Positions 37,561 through 47,249 of a stretch of DNA of 64,000 nucleotides are shown piece by piece (position 1 is the stretch's first letter; the number at the start of each line of letters is the position of its first letter). A program made the position numbers and the translations under genes. This DNA comes from a virus: positions 3,332 to 67,331 of the IMG/VR virus record IMGVR_UViG_3300029267_001061, one strand, 5' to 3'. The notes beneath the pieces were generated by a model that did not search any database, was not told the DNA's origin, and saw only the letters and a program-made list of their open reading frames with translations.

Positions 37561-37710
37561 GCTCTCCTGGTCTAACTACTCGGTTGGGTGATCGAGGAGC
37601 GGAGAACCAGGAGCTCGTTACATCTCACATACGATTGGGAGCGGTAACCCCTATCCCGGACTCGCCCTCACCGGGAGGTTGCTCAGGGGAAGCCGCTCCC
37701 TTCTCTGTTA
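37561..37710. terminator. Structured region at the convergence of the two arms (terminator or small RNA)
   Basis: CTCCTGGT/ACCAGGAG; GGGAGCGG/CCGCTCCC with nested CCCCT/AGGGG and TCCCGG/CCGGGA. Confidence 0.5.
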
Positions 37711-38547
37711 CTTGGGTAGTACGTCCAACCATTCCGCCGCACGCTTCTGGCCCAGACTCTTCGCACCCCGCTTGATCGAGCGGTACGTCCGCGGTTCCAC
37801 ACCAAGGATGTCGCGGGCGAACTCGGCGGCTGACAGTCCTAGCTCTTCTCGATACTCTTCAAGCCGTGCGAGAAGTTTGCCGGTGTTCACTACCTTACCA
37901 GGTTTCTTCTTGGCTTTCTTCTTCTTTGGCTTGTCCTGAGTGGGCGCTGGTCTCGGCTCGACCGCAGGCCTGGTCTGGGTTATGGAGGAGCGGAACCGAG
38001 CACGAGCCGTAATCGAGTAGCCCTGTTCTCGGGCATCACGAATCAGGAAACCATTCTCCAACAGCGCAGCTTTCATGCCGGGCTCCAGAGTGTTGGGATC
38101 CTTGCCCCCACAGCACACTTCATGTAGCGCTGCTTCGACCGGCGCCGGCAGACTGATCTGCTTCGACGCTTCCTCGAACAGGCCTTCCATATCCAACGCC
38201 GCGATCTCTCCAAGTTGATACAGCACCGTCATCAGTTGGAACCGTGGGGTCGTCCCCGTTTCAAGATCCCGCTTCCAATCGCGAATCCAGAACGAGCCCA
38301 AGTTCAAGTCGTTCTCCCATTCCGAGCCGAGGAAGATCTCGAACAATCGGTAGAAGACTTGCGGTGCGGGGTCGTCTAGATAGATGAAGCCCCCGGTGGG
38401 CCCCACCTCGATCAGAGTTCGGAGGATGTCAGCCAACAGGTGCTTGGCCTCCTCCTTCTGTTTGTCCTCCGGCGATGTGCCTCGTTTTCCGATCAGCGTG
38501 AAGATCTCACGCGGGAACGAGGCGTATTGATGTCTAGCGTTAGTCAT
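37708..38547 (-). CDS. Protein with C-terminal XRE-type HTH
   Basis: REELGLSAAEFARDILGVEPRTYRSIKRG. Confidence 0.75.
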   Translation of the reverse strand: MTNARHQYASFPREIFTLIGKRGTSPEDKQKEEAKHLLADILRTLIEVGPTGGFIYLDDPAPQVFYRLFEIFLGSEWENDLNLGSFWIRDWKRDLETGTTPRFQLMTVLYQLGEIAALDMEGLFEEASKQISLPAPVEAALHEVCCGGKDPNTLEPGMKAALLENGFLIRDAREQGYSITARARFRSSITQTRPAVEPRPAPTQDKPKKKKAKKKPGKVVNTGKLLARLEEYREELGLSAAEFARDILGVEPRTYRSIKRGAKSLGQKRAAEWLDVLPK

Positions 38548-38893
38548 CAGCGTTTTCCTCCTCCATCAGCTTCTCCACCTTTTTCACCCATCGGCGAATC
38601 GCCTTGTGTGGCTTGTGGTTGTCTTCCAGTACCGCGAGTGCGTCCTCTACGCTATCCCAGACCACATCTACGATTGCGCCGCAGAGGTACATCTGGGCTA
38701 GGATCCAGAGCTGTCGGTCGCTGGGCTTGTTGTCCCCGACCTTGAGTTCGATCCCGTAGAATTGGCCATCCCGGCACCCGATGATATCCGGAAGCCCCGC
38801 CATCTGGTAGGGACCGCCGTGCACATTGATCCAGAACCCCCCTCGGGCTCGGAGTGCTTTGAGTACTTTCTTCTGGTACTGTGATTCTTTCAT
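38540..38893 (-). CDS. VRR-NUC nuclease/Holliday junction resolvase
   Basis: MKES..QK, GLPDII, GIELK...PS..Q. Confidence 0.9.
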   Translation of the reverse strand: MKESQYQKKVLKALRARGGFWINVHGGPYQMAGLPDIIGCRDGQFYGIELKVGDNKPSDRQLWILAQMYLCGAIVDVVWDSVEDALAVLEDNHKPHKAIRRWVKKVEKLMEEENADD

Positions 38894-38904
38894 AGTAGTA
38901 GAGG

Positions 38905-38940
38905 GAGGGGAAGACCCCGGTGCCGGTGGGGCCTCCCCTC
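38905..38940 (-). terminator. Hairpin downstream of the SSB gene
   Basis: GAGGGG...CCCCTC stem. Confidence 0.4.
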
Positions 38941-38960
38941 GTCGCTGAAGCGCTTACGCG

Positions 38961-39665
38961 CTAGATGTCGTCTTCATCGACGTCCACGCCGTCCTCGTCG
39001 TCATCCTCCTCTTCTTCATCCTCGTCCTCCTCCTCGTCCTCATCCTCGTCGGATTCGTCGGAGTCCTCTTCCTCGTCCTCTTCCTCCTCCTCATCTTCGT
39101 CGTCTTCTTCCTCCTCGACGACCGGAGCAGCCTTCTTCTTCTTCCGCTTCTTCTTGGGCTTGGCGAGGATATCTTCCTCTTCGTCCTCACTGTCGTTCTC
39201 CGTGTCAAGCGGATAGGAGGAGTCGATCTTGTTCCGCTCCTTCTTCTTCCACGTGTCGACGATGACTGAGACACCGCACTCGAGCCCGATGTACTCATCC
39301 GGGTCGATGGTGTTGCCGGTGTCGTAATCCAGTTCCACACCCAAGGCCACGAGGAACTCAGTGAACTTCCACATCGCCTTCTCGGTCAGCGTGGTTGTGT
39401 GGAGGAGCGTGGCGCCGTCGTGTTCACCGCCGACAACCTTCAGCTTCCACCGCAGGCACTTGTTGTTGCTCTGCGTGACGTCCCACTCGCAGTTCACAAC
39501 CTCGACGACGTAGTCGTCTTCAGGCAGGAGCTGGAATCCCGGCCGGGGGATGAAGACTTCCTGGGCTCCGCCCTTGCCTTTGCCGATCAGCAGGTCAGAA
39601 CCGAGGTTCGTGGACTTCTTCTTCTTCGTGGACTTCTTCTTGGTACCGGTCTTCTTCGTTGCCAT
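38961..39665 (-). CDS. DUF669-like single-stranded DNA-binding protein
   Basis: LPEDDYVVEV, KAMWKF..FL.ALG; very acidic tail. Confidence 0.8.
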   Translation of the reverse strand: MATKKTGTKKKSTKKKKSTNLGSDLLIGKGKGGAQEVFIPRPGFQLLPEDDYVVEVVNCEWDVTQSNNKCLRWKLKVVGGEHDGATLLHTTTLTEKAMWKFTEFLVALGVELDYDTGNTIDPDEYIGLECGVSVIVDTWKKKERNKIDSSYPLDTENDSEDEEEDILAKPKKKRKKKKAAPVVEEEEDDEDEEEEEDEEEDSDESDEDEDEEEDEDEEEEDDDEDGVDVDEDDI

Positions 39666-39668
39666 GCG

Positions 39669-40460
39669 CTAGGCCTCCTTCTTGGAACTCTTCTTCTTGC
39701 GCGTTGCCGACTTCTTCTTCGGCTTCGCTTCAGCGTTGCCCTCCCTACTCTTCCGGATCTTGCGCAGGACCTTGGAGAGGTTGGGATTCTCAATCGGCCG
39801 CGGGAACAGCCCGAGTCGATCTTTCGTCTTCAACATCGGATGGGGATGGAAGGCTGTGATGAACCGCGGTTCTTCCTCTTCGCCGTCCAGCACTTTGCAG
39901 TATCCGATGAAGTCGCAAGCCGCTTGTAATGCGTTGCGGACTTTCGGCGGCAGATCCGGGACGATGCCCGACACTCGACCATCCTCGTTCAGGTACCGCT
40001 CGTGACACGTGAAGATGGTATGCATCGGCAGTGCTTTGGCCTGAAGGATCAGGCGCTTCAGCAGAGCCGAGACACTGCCCCAATCCTGGAGCTGAGTTGC
40101 CATCATTTCATCCGGATCAGTAAGCCCGTTCAGCTCGCGCTTGACGTAATCCAAGCCCAAGTCTACGAGCGATGACATCGTGTCGAACGCGACCGACTTG
40201 AACCCGTGCTCCTGAGACTCCAGGTAGGCCATGATGTAGCTCAAGTCCTCCCAGGTCTCAACCCCGAACCGTTGGGCGCCGTTGTCCACCTGAGCCGCAG
40301 ACAGGGTCCCGTCTTCGGTGTCGATGATGAGCACCTTCGGCAGAGTCGCACACTGCGTCGTCTTGCCCGACCCGGTCGGCCCGTAGAGCAGGATGTTCAT
40401 GTTCTTGAACACTTGCTCGGTTACCGGTTGGATCCGTGCTGCGATCTCGCTTGCTTTCAT
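39669..40460 (-). CDS. Sak4-like AAA ATPase (recombination)
   Basis: LLYGPTGSGKT, IDTEDG, FDT, KDR. Confidence 0.9.
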   Translation of the reverse strand: MKASEIAARIQPVTEQVFKNMNILLYGPTGSGKTTQCATLPKVLIIDTEDGTLSAAQVDNGAQRFGVETWEDLSYIMAYLESQEHGFKSVAFDTMSSLVDLGLDYVKRELNGLTDPDEMMATQLQDWGSVSALLKRLILQAKALPMHTIFTCHERYLNEDGRVSGIVPDLPPKVRNALQAACDFIGYCKVLDGEEEEPRFITAFHPHPMLKTKDRLGLFPRPIENPNLSKVLRKIRKSREGNAEAKPKKKSATRKKKSSKKEA

Positions 40461-41410
40461 TTCCTGTCACCCCCTTTCTCTCTTACTGTGAACTGTGTTG
40501 CGATTACATCATCCACGTCCACGCCGCTGCGTTCAGCCTCGCAGAGTGGAAAGTTCTCGCAGAAGTTGCAGTTGTAGTTCCATGCTGGGTAGAACGTCTT
40601 GTCCCGCCGGATCGCAGCCACAATGACCTTGATCCAGTCCAGCACGTAACCAAGTTCAGCTTCCGTGTACTTCATCTTGAAACGGTGGTACAGTCGAGTA
40701 TCCTGCCGCAGGAAGCGCAGGTAGTCTCTGTACTCCGCCAGGTCGCCTCCGGTCTCCTTGATCGCTCTGACGACCTCGAAGCCATAGACCTTGTCGCCCT
40801 TGGACTGGGAGACGGTACCGGCTTTCAGGATCTTCGGCGGCTTGCGGGTCGAAGTCGAAATCATGTCGAAGATGGTTCCACCCAGATCTCCCACCTCGTA
40901 CTCACCCGCCGCAGCAACCAGCCCGATGTGGTACATCCCCGCCTGGAGGAACCAAGTGGGTAGTGGTTCCTTCGGCATCCGACCGGACGTCTTCCGTTCC
41001 ACAATCCACGTGAGGCCCGTGCCGGTGTGCCGCATCAGTGTATCTACCTTGATGACGAGCACGATGTTCAGGTCCTCGATGGGGATCTCCAGCTTGAGCT
41101 CTGTGGCTCCCTCGATCTCTTCGAACGGGCTCTTCTTGTAGTGCCACCGGTAGTCACGAACGAGGTCGATGCCTGTTCGGATGATTTCGGTAGTGAAGCC
41201 CAGTCGTCGCCATGGCTTCTTGTCCAGGTCCTTGAGCTTAGTGCCCCCCGCAAGTTGCTCGAAGGTATCACTGACAACTGAACCCAGTGCCAGAGAATCC
41301 TTCTTCGCAACCGGCCGCAGGCGCCGCACTTGGCCCCAGTAATACTTCCTCGGACATTGCGCGTACTTGCTCAGGGCGGAGTATGAAGTTCTCAGCGCCG
41401 CATTTGCCAT
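40457..41410 (-). CDS. PD-(D/E)XK exonuclease (Cas4/RecB-like)
   Basis: SYS.L..Y..CPRKY, KVD..., IVERKTS, C-terminal CxFCxxxxLC. Confidence 0.88.
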   Translation of the reverse strand: MANAALRTSYSALSKYAQCPRKYYWGQVRRLRPVAKKDSLALGSVVSDTFEQLAGGTKLKDLDKKPWRRLGFTTEIIRTGIDLVRDYRWHYKKSPFEEIEGATELKLEIPIEDLNIVLVIKVDTLMRHTGTGLTWIVERKTSGRMPKEPLPTWFLQAGMYHIGLVAAAGEYEVGDLGGTIFDMISTSTRKPPKILKAGTVSQSKGDKVYGFEVVRAIKETGGDLAEYRDYLRFLRQDTRLYHRFKMKYTEAELGYVLDWIKVIVAAIRRDKTFYPAWNYNCNFCENFPLCEAERSGVDVDDVIATQFTVREKGGDRK

Positions 41411-41420
41411 ATCGCCCTCC

Positions 41421-43814
41421 TTAGTCGTCCAGGCCCCAGTGTTGGGACACGTCGATGTCAACCTTGATTGGGATGCCGAGGTCGAAGCCGAAGACTTCCT
41501 CAGTCGGCAGATTCTCCATCGTCTCCTTGATCAGGTCGACCCACCAGTCAATCTCGGTCGAGCGAACCTCGCAGAGGATCGCGTCATGCACGCTGCCCAC
41601 GAGTCGGAACTCTTCACTCTGTGAGCGAGGGCGATACGCGCTGGCCAATCGGATCAGAGCCCACAAGGTCAGATCACTCGCCACGCTCTGAACAGGCGTG
41701 TTGATCGCTTGCCGCTCTGCCGCACCTTGTTGCTTGTAATCATGTGAGAAGATCTCCGGCAGGTGGCGGATCCTACCGAACAGAGTTCGGATCTGCCCGT
41801 GCTCCCTGACTTCCTCGCGTTGTTCCTCGTGCCAATCGAGGAGCCGAGGGTAGGCATCGAAGAATCGTTGTCGGATTGCTTCTGCCTCCGGAAGGGTGAC
41901 GTCCAGGCCATACGAGGTCTTCGCGTACTCCACGTACTTCGCAGCTCCCATCCCGTACAGGAAACCGAAGTTCACAGCTTTGGCTTTCTTCCGCTCTTGC
42001 TTCGTGATCTTCTCTGCTGGTTTCCCCGTAATGTTCATTGCTGTTAGCGTATGCAAGTCCTCCTCGTTCCTGAACGCTTCCATCATAGTCGGCTCCTGGG
42101 CAAGTGCAGCAGCGACGCGCAATTCAACCTGCGAGAAGTCCGCCTGAATGAACGACCAGCCCGGGGGCGCGCCGATCAATCCGCGGATGAATGGGTCGCG
42201 CGGCACTTGCTGGAGATTGGGCTTCTCAGCGGACAGTCGGCCTGTAACCGTGCCGTGAAGCTTGAATCTCGGATGGAGCCTAGAGTTTGCATCTACCTGT
42301 TCCGACCAGGGCGTCAGGTACGTCGTTCGGTACTTGCGCCACTTGCGGAACTCCAGGATATCCTCGACAATTGGATGTTCGTCCTTGAGCGCTATCAGAA
42401 CCGCTTCCGATGTGCTCGGGGCTCCGGACTTAGTGAACGAGGCTAGCGGTAGTTGCAGTTCGTCGAACAGGATCCTCGCGACCTGCTGGGGTGAGTTCCA
42501 GTTCACTTCTTCCCCGTACTCACTCAGCCGTTCCTCCACCATCGCGATCTCACCTTCCACAGAGGCACGGGCCGCAGTGAGCTTGTCAGGGTCGACCCAG
42601 ACTCCGCGATTCTCGATGTAGCGGAAGACTCGGCAGGCAGGCATCAGGAGTTGTTGGAACGCCCTCGCCAGTTTCTTGTCCTGAACCATCTCGGTTCGGA
42701 GGATCGCGTAGAGGCGAAGCGTGTAGTACGCGTCATACCCGTTGTAGGGTAAGAGCTTCGACAGCTTCGGAGTTCCTTGCTTGAAGTTGATTCCCGCATC
42801 CCAGTTCGGAGCGTCGCACAGGCGGCGAGCCAGTTGCTTCAGGCCCACTCTGCGGTTCTCGTCCAGGAGGTGCGCGGCCAACATCGTGTCGAAGACCGGT
42901 CGGCAGTGAACTCTGCGAGTGAGAAGCCACTTGTCGTCGAACTTCGCGTTGTGCGCGACCGGCTTCAACTTCCCTCCTCCTAACAGCAGGTTGAGCCTGG
43001 GGTAGATCTCTGGAGCAAGTCCACGCTTCGTCTCAAGGGGGAAGACAACGATTGAATCCATGCACGCTAGGCCGATTGATAGAATTCGGCCCTCTGGGTC
43101 GTATGGATCAAGTCCTGTCGTCTCGACATCGTACGCGATCGGTTGACCTCTGTGGTCACTGTGTTCAAAGTAGTCGCACCATTCGATCGCTTCATCGATG
43201 TCCCGCACGATGCGGACTTCCAAGTTCTCCAGCTCGTTCTTGTCGATGTCGCCGTTCAGGAGCTTGGCGAAGCGAACTACATCTCGCATGAAATCATCCG
43301 CGTGACGGGGATCACGAAGGATCAGCGCGGGATGGACGGTCGGGAGGATCGTGCAACCCCATTCCTCGCTGTGGGTCTCCACTCCCCGGTTCTTCATGAT
43401 CCCGCCGCGCGGATTGAGTAGTGCCTTGTAGGCTGTGTTGCCGAGAGCAAGAATGAACTCGGGCTTCACTCGTTTGATCTCTCGTGCGAGATGCAGGTCT
43501 CGACAGATGTTTCGCTCGTCCTTGTCTGGAGTGCGGTTCGCCGGCGGTCGACAGTGAACAACGTTGGTGATGTAGATTTCATCCCGATCCAGCTCGGCAA
43601 GCTCGAGCGCTCGATCGAGAAGTTCGCCGGCTCGCCCGGAGAAGGGCCGGTTGATCTCATCCTCTCGCTTGCCGGGAGCTTCGCCTACGATCATTGCTCG
43701 GGCGGGCTTGGGGCCCTTGCCCATGAGGCAGACCGTCTCCGCCGTTTCCCAGAGTGAGCAGGCGGTGCAGTTCTTATGCCTCCACTTCTTCTTCTTCTTG
43801 GGCTTGTCGCTCAT
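41421..43814 (-). CDS. Family A DNA polymerase with N-terminal family-4 uracil-DNA glycosylase domain
   Basis: CxxC, GEAPG, CRPP, HPA; DVETTG exonuclease; TGRLS, DFSQVELR, KAVNFGFLYG, VHD. Confidence 0.95.
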   Translation of the reverse strand: MSDKPKKKKKWRHKNCTACSLWETAETVCLMGKGPKPARAMIVGEAPGKREDEINRPFSGRAGELLDRALELAELDRDEIYITNVVHCRPPANRTPDKDERNICRDLHLAREIKRVKPEFILALGNTAYKALLNPRGGIMKNRGVETHSEEWGCTILPTVHPALILRDPRHADDFMRDVVRFAKLLNGDIDKNELENLEVRIVRDIDEAIEWCDYFEHSDHRGQPIAYDVETTGLDPYDPEGRILSIGLACMDSIVVFPLETKRGLAPEIYPRLNLLLGGGKLKPVAHNAKFDDKWLLTRRVHCRPVFDTMLAAHLLDENRRVGLKQLARRLCDAPNWDAGINFKQGTPKLSKLLPYNGYDAYYTLRLYAILRTEMVQDKKLARAFQQLLMPACRVFRYIENRGVWVDPDKLTAARASVEGEIAMVEERLSEYGEEVNWNSPQQVARILFDELQLPLASFTKSGAPSTSEAVLIALKDEHPIVEDILEFRKWRKYRTTYLTPWSEQVDANSRLHPRFKLHGTVTGRLSAEKPNLQQVPRDPFIRGLIGAPPGWSFIQADFSQVELRVAAALAQEPTMMEAFRNEEDLHTLTAMNITGKPAEKITKQERKKAKAVNFGFLYGMGAAKYVEYAKTSYGLDVTLPEAEAIRQRFFDAYPRLLDWHEEQREEVREHGQIRTLFGRIRHLPEIFSHDYKQQGAAERQAINTPVQSVASDLTLWALIRLASAYRPRSQSEEFRLVGSVHDAILCEVRSTEIDWWVDLIKETMENLPTEEVFGFDLGIPIKVDIDVSQHWGLDD

Positions 43815-44241
43815 CCAGTACCACAACTCCTACCTGCCGAAGGACAGACTCCGTATGTTGTACGAGTGGGCCATTGTACTCGTAACGATAGACCAGCTTC
43901 TTGATGCCCGCAGCCATGAGAATCTTCGCGCAGTTCCAGCAAGGGAAGTGCGTGACGTAGATCGTGGCCCCCTCGGTTGCGATGCCATGGCGAGCAGCAT
44001 GTGCGATCGCGTTCGTTTCCGCGTGGACCGTGCGGATGCAGTGGCCATCAACTTCATGGCATCCAACATCCAAGCAATGGGGCATCCCGGACGGAGACCC
44101 GTTGTAGCCTGAAGAAACCATGTGCTTGTCCTTCACCAGGACGGCTCCAACGGATAACCGCTCACAGCTACCCCGAAGGGCAACTGTGGCGGCGATATCC
44201 AGGTACATCTTAGTTCGCGAGATGCGACCGTTAGAAGACAT
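43774..44241 (-). CDS. dCMP deaminase
   Basis: GYNG, HAETNAI, PCWNC. Confidence 0.93.
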   Translation of the reverse strand: MSSNGRISRTKMYLDIAATVALRGSCERLSVGAVLVKDKHMVSSGYNGSPSGMPHCLDVGCHEVDGHCIRTVHAETNAIAHAARHGIATEGATIYVTHFPCWNCAKILMAAGIKKLVYRYEYNGPLVQHTESVLRQVGVVVLDERQAQEEEEVEA

Positions 44242-44929
44242 CAGCCACATCTTTCTGGAACACGTGCAGTGAGAACATGAAGTGCGAGAACGCCCCGACT
44301 TCAAATCCGGTCTGTTCGGCGACGTGACAGAGCAGCTTGGTTGCGAGCCAAGCGTCGTTCTGGAAGTGCGTGGCGAAGTCGCAGCTGCGCATCACGTAGA
44401 TCATGTTCAGCTTGCCGAGGCGCATCATGAAGTGATAGCCGAGGCTACACGGAACACGATTCCCGCCCGCGGTGCCGATCCGTTCGCCGTCGATCTGGCG
44501 GTCCCAGATTGGGATCCAGAGCTGACGGGAAGTGGGCCGCACCTTGATCTCTTCGATGATTCGGGTGATCTGCCCGGCCATCCGCTCGGGGTACGCGTAA
44601 GCGAACTCCCCGTCGTGAATGAACTGTTGCCAGTACTCTTCGCGATGTTTCCACGCCTCGCCCGGATTGAGTGGTTGTTCCGAGAGGCGCTCGGCAATCT
44701 CCGCGTCTGCCCAGGGTTGTACGGGGTTGAGCTCGTGGATGGTATCCGCCGGCTTGGTCACCGTGTACCCGTACCACATGAGCTCACGCATCAGGTACTG
44801 CGCTTCAAGCTCGGGGTTCCCGGCAACCATGATGTCCTGAACGGACGCTGATTGTACCCGAGTTCCCATCTCACCAAGATCTCGCTTGGTGTCCGATACT
44901 GCTTCTCCGAAGCCCTCATAGATCCGCAT
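44231..44929 (-). CDS. Thymidylate-synthase-superfamily enzyme, dCMP (hydroxy)methylase type
   Basis: SRQ..IPIW, VPCS, MRSCDFATHFQND, SLH. Confidence 0.85.
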   Translation of the reverse strand: MRIYEGFGEAVSDTKRDLGEMGTRVQSASVQDIMVAGNPELEAQYLMRELMWYGYTVTKPADTIHELNPVQPWADAEIAERLSEQPLNPGEAWKHREEYWQQFIHDGEFAYAYPERMAGQITRIIEEIKVRPTSRQLWIPIWDRQIDGERIGTAGGNRVPCSLGYHFMMRLGKLNMIYVMRSCDFATHFQNDAWLATKLLCHVAEQTGFEVGAFSHFMFSLHVFQKDVADVF

Positions 44930-45752
44930 TTGCTGCCTCCTTCTTTTGCTTCGATCTTAGTCTACGCCGCTGCCTCTTCTCGTCGAAGAGCGGAGCGAGC
45001 GATAGCTCTGTAATCGGTGTCGATCGCCGTTTGTCGTTCAGGATCCGCTGCCACATCTCGTAATGTCTGCGGAGCCGTTTGAACTTCACACTGGAGAGAT
45101 CTTTCACGTACCGCTCTCGCCAGTACTCGAAGATGTCCCAGTGGTCCGGCGGTGCCTCTTCTTCTTCGAAGATGTCCCAAAGCCCCATCTGCTCTAGGAA
45201 TACGGGGAAGAACGTTGCGCTGATACCCACGGAGTCTGCATACCACTGTATACGGAAATCGCTAGGGTCGAATCCGATCCGCTCTCCGATCTCCTTGCAA
45301 AGGATATGGAGGAGGCAGCAATCGAGCACCATCACGCGCTGCGCTCCTAACATCCTAGAGATGAATGTGAGGTGTGGGACCTCGCCAACGAACTTGAAGA
45401 TGAATCCCATGAAGCACGCCCCGCCGCGATGGCCCTTGTTGTCGACCGTCGGGAGTGAGTACCCGAACGAAGGCCAACTCTTCTGAGCATCGCGTTCGAT
45501 CTCATCCAGCCAAGTTCTCACCTGATCCGGCACGAGGTAGTCGGTCATCAGCTTGTTGAAGCGGAAGCCAACGTAACCCGCATCCTGCCCGATATCAAGA
45601 TCACACTCAGCAGACTCGACCGTGAACACGTTGTGGAATGAGGAGTGCCTCGCTCCTTGCGCGTAGTCATGACAGTTGTCAGTGTTCCAGAACAGAGCCA
45701 TGTTGGTCTGCATCCAGAGTTCGCGCAGAGTCTGTGCGTGAATGTTCAGCAT
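44916..45752 (-). CDS. Divergent thymidylate-synthase paralogue
   Basis: GACFMGF, LTFISR-x10-D; tandem with the first. Confidence 0.6.
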   Translation of the reverse strand: MLNIHAQTLRELWMQTNMALFWNTDNCHDYAQGARHSSFHNVFTVESAECDLDIGQDAGYVGFRFNKLMTDYLVPDQVRTWLDEIERDAQKSWPSFGYSLPTVDNKGHRGGACFMGFIFKFVGEVPHLTFISRMLGAQRVMVLDCCLLHILCKEIGERIGFDPSDFRIQWYADSVGISATFFPVFLEQMGLWDIFEEEEAPPDHWDIFEYWRERYVKDLSSVKFKRLRRHYEMWQRILNDKRRSTPITELSLAPLFDEKRQRRRLRSKQKKEAANADL

Positions 45753-45753
45753 C

Positions 45754-46479
45754 CTAGTAGTTCGTCTCCTGTCGGAACTTGTTCACTTCGCTCTTGCGGA
45801 AGTAGTAGCTGAAGATGTCATCCGACTGCATCCCGAACGCCAGGCCCACCGCGAGGAACGCAACTGCTGCATCCGCAAGGTCCCGCAGGTACTGGGGTTT
45901 GTCGGTCAGGATCGGAGTCTGCTTCCACGGCTTGCACTTCAGGTTGTTCATGAGCACGCCGAGCTTCCACGTGAAGCAACCCATCATCTGAGCGAACTGA
46001 ACTCGCGGAGAGCAATTCGCCGTCTCCTTCGTCTCCTCGGTTCGGAACGCGTCTGCAACCAGCCACCACTCGGTGAGCAGGTCGTCGCCCGCCACCTCTT
46101 CCCAGCGGTAGTCCAGGTTCTGGCGCATCAACTCGAGAAGCTTCGCTCCCGTGTCCACACCGGACAGGATACAGAGCTCGATGAAGAAGTGAACGCTGTC
46201 GGCGAACTCCTCCCACACGTGGTCCTTGCTGTGGCCGAGTGCGTACCGAGCATCAAACGCCTCACCGAGTTCTTCCGACACGCGCCAGGCTTCATCCTTC
46301 AACTGGAGCTGATCCGCCGGCACATCCAAGTCGACCGGACAGTTCTCGGACTGGCGAAGTCCAGTGCCCACCTCGATCGGGATGTACTTGCGAATGAGTT
46401 CTCTTTGCCGGGCGAAGATCATTTCCAAGCGGTCGTCGCCGTCCTGCACTACGGGTTCTTTGTAGTCGTGAATGTTCAC
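45754..46479 (-). CDS. All-alpha dimeric dUTPase/dCTPase-like pyrophosphatase
   Basis: EELGEA, EEFAD..HF, KPWK, Y..K..VN..RQ. Confidence 0.85.
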   Translation of the reverse strand: MNIHDYKEPVVQDGDDRLEMIFARQRELIRKYIPIEVGTGLRQSENCPVDLDVPADQLQLKDEAWRVSEELGEAFDARYALGHSKDHVWEEFADSVHFFIELCILSGVDTGAKLLELMRQNLDYRWEEVAGDDLLTEWWLVADAFRTEETKETANCSPRVQFAQMMGCFTWKLGVLMNNLKCKPWKQTPILTDKPQYLRDLADAAVAFLAVGLAFGMQSDDIFSYYFRKSEVNKFRQETNY

Positions 46480-46480
46480 G

Positions 46481-47050
46481 CTATCGTCCTCCTGTCTCTA
46501 GGTTCCGGCCCAGCCTGCGTTTGCCCCAGCTCTGGATCCGATCCAGTAGTTCCTCCACGTCGTTCCGTGCCCAGTCGTACACCGCAACCTCGCTGAAAGT
46601 CTTCGTACGTGCGCGGTCCATTACTAGAGTGCGGTACCGCCGGCGTACTAGCATCAGCGTCTCCTGCGCCTTCGCCGGCGGAACCATCTGCTCCCGCTCG
46701 GCGTATGTCTCCATGATCCTCTCCATCGGCCTGTGGGCCAGGACCACGAAGACCGGTCCCGCCGCTGCCGCTCGATCCAGCAACCTGATGTCAACTTGAC
46801 TGAAGCTGTTCGTCCCCCGCACTACAGGCCCGTAGGCCAACTCCGCGAGATAGAACCGATCCATGACCGCTACTCCAACGGCGTCGTCGCTCCCGATCAT
46901 GTGTTTGATGTTCCAGGCCCGAAGCTTCCGAGAATCGCAAGGCCCGATCGAGTGAGTGTAGTAGCACGAGCACATGAAGCGCGACATGATTTGACGCGCT
47001 AGCGTTGACTTGCCCGTGTTGTCGATTCCAGTGACAATGATTGCTGCCAT
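46481..47050 (-). CDS. dNMP (thymidylate-like) kinase
   Basis: GIDNTGKST, DRFYLAELAYG. Confidence 0.85.
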   Translation of the reverse strand: MAAIIVTGIDNTGKSTLARQIMSRFMCSCYYTHSIGPCDSRKLRAWNIKHMIGSDDAVGVAVMDRFYLAELAYGPVVRGTNSFSQVDIRLLDRAAAAGPVFVVLAHRPMERIMETYAEREQMVPPAKAQETLMLVRRRYRTLVMDRARTKTFSEVAVYDWARNDVEELLDRIQSWGKRRLGRNLETGGR

Positions 47051-47051
47051 T

Positions 47052-47222
47052 CTACCCCCTTGGGATCTTGTTGAAGCGATTGATCAAGTGCTCGTCCTGG
47101 AGGCAGCACTTCTTGAACTTCTTCCCCGATCCACACGGGCAGGGTTCGTTCCGGCCTGGGAGCTTGCCTCCACGAGCCTTGAGTCCTTTGCTGAAAGCTA
47201 TCTGTCGGATGGGTCCGGCCAT
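47052..47222 (-). CDS. 56-aa SEC-C motif protein (not in ORF track)
   Basis: [18 protein letters not shown]; SD AAGGAGG; TAGAAT upstream. Confidence 0.85.
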   Translation of the reverse strand: MAGPIRQIAFSKGLKARGGKLPGRNEPCPCGSGKKFKKCCLQDEHLINRFNKIPRG

Positions 47223-47249
47223 GTTGCCCTCCTTCGAAATGATTCTACC

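Noticed and set aside
38961-39200. Tandem DNA repeat or microsatellite
   Set aside because: Low complexity comes from Asp/Glu codons of the SSB tail; the same applies at 53300-53750
40457-41410. CRISPR-Cas (Cas4)
   Set aside because: Stand-alone phage exonuclease next to Sak4 and SSB; no array or other cas genes
43774-47050. SPO1-type hydroxymethyluracil pathway
   Set aside because: The gene set is similar, but the TS specificity residue is Asp (dCMP type) and a ThyX-like gene is present; disfavoured rather than excluded
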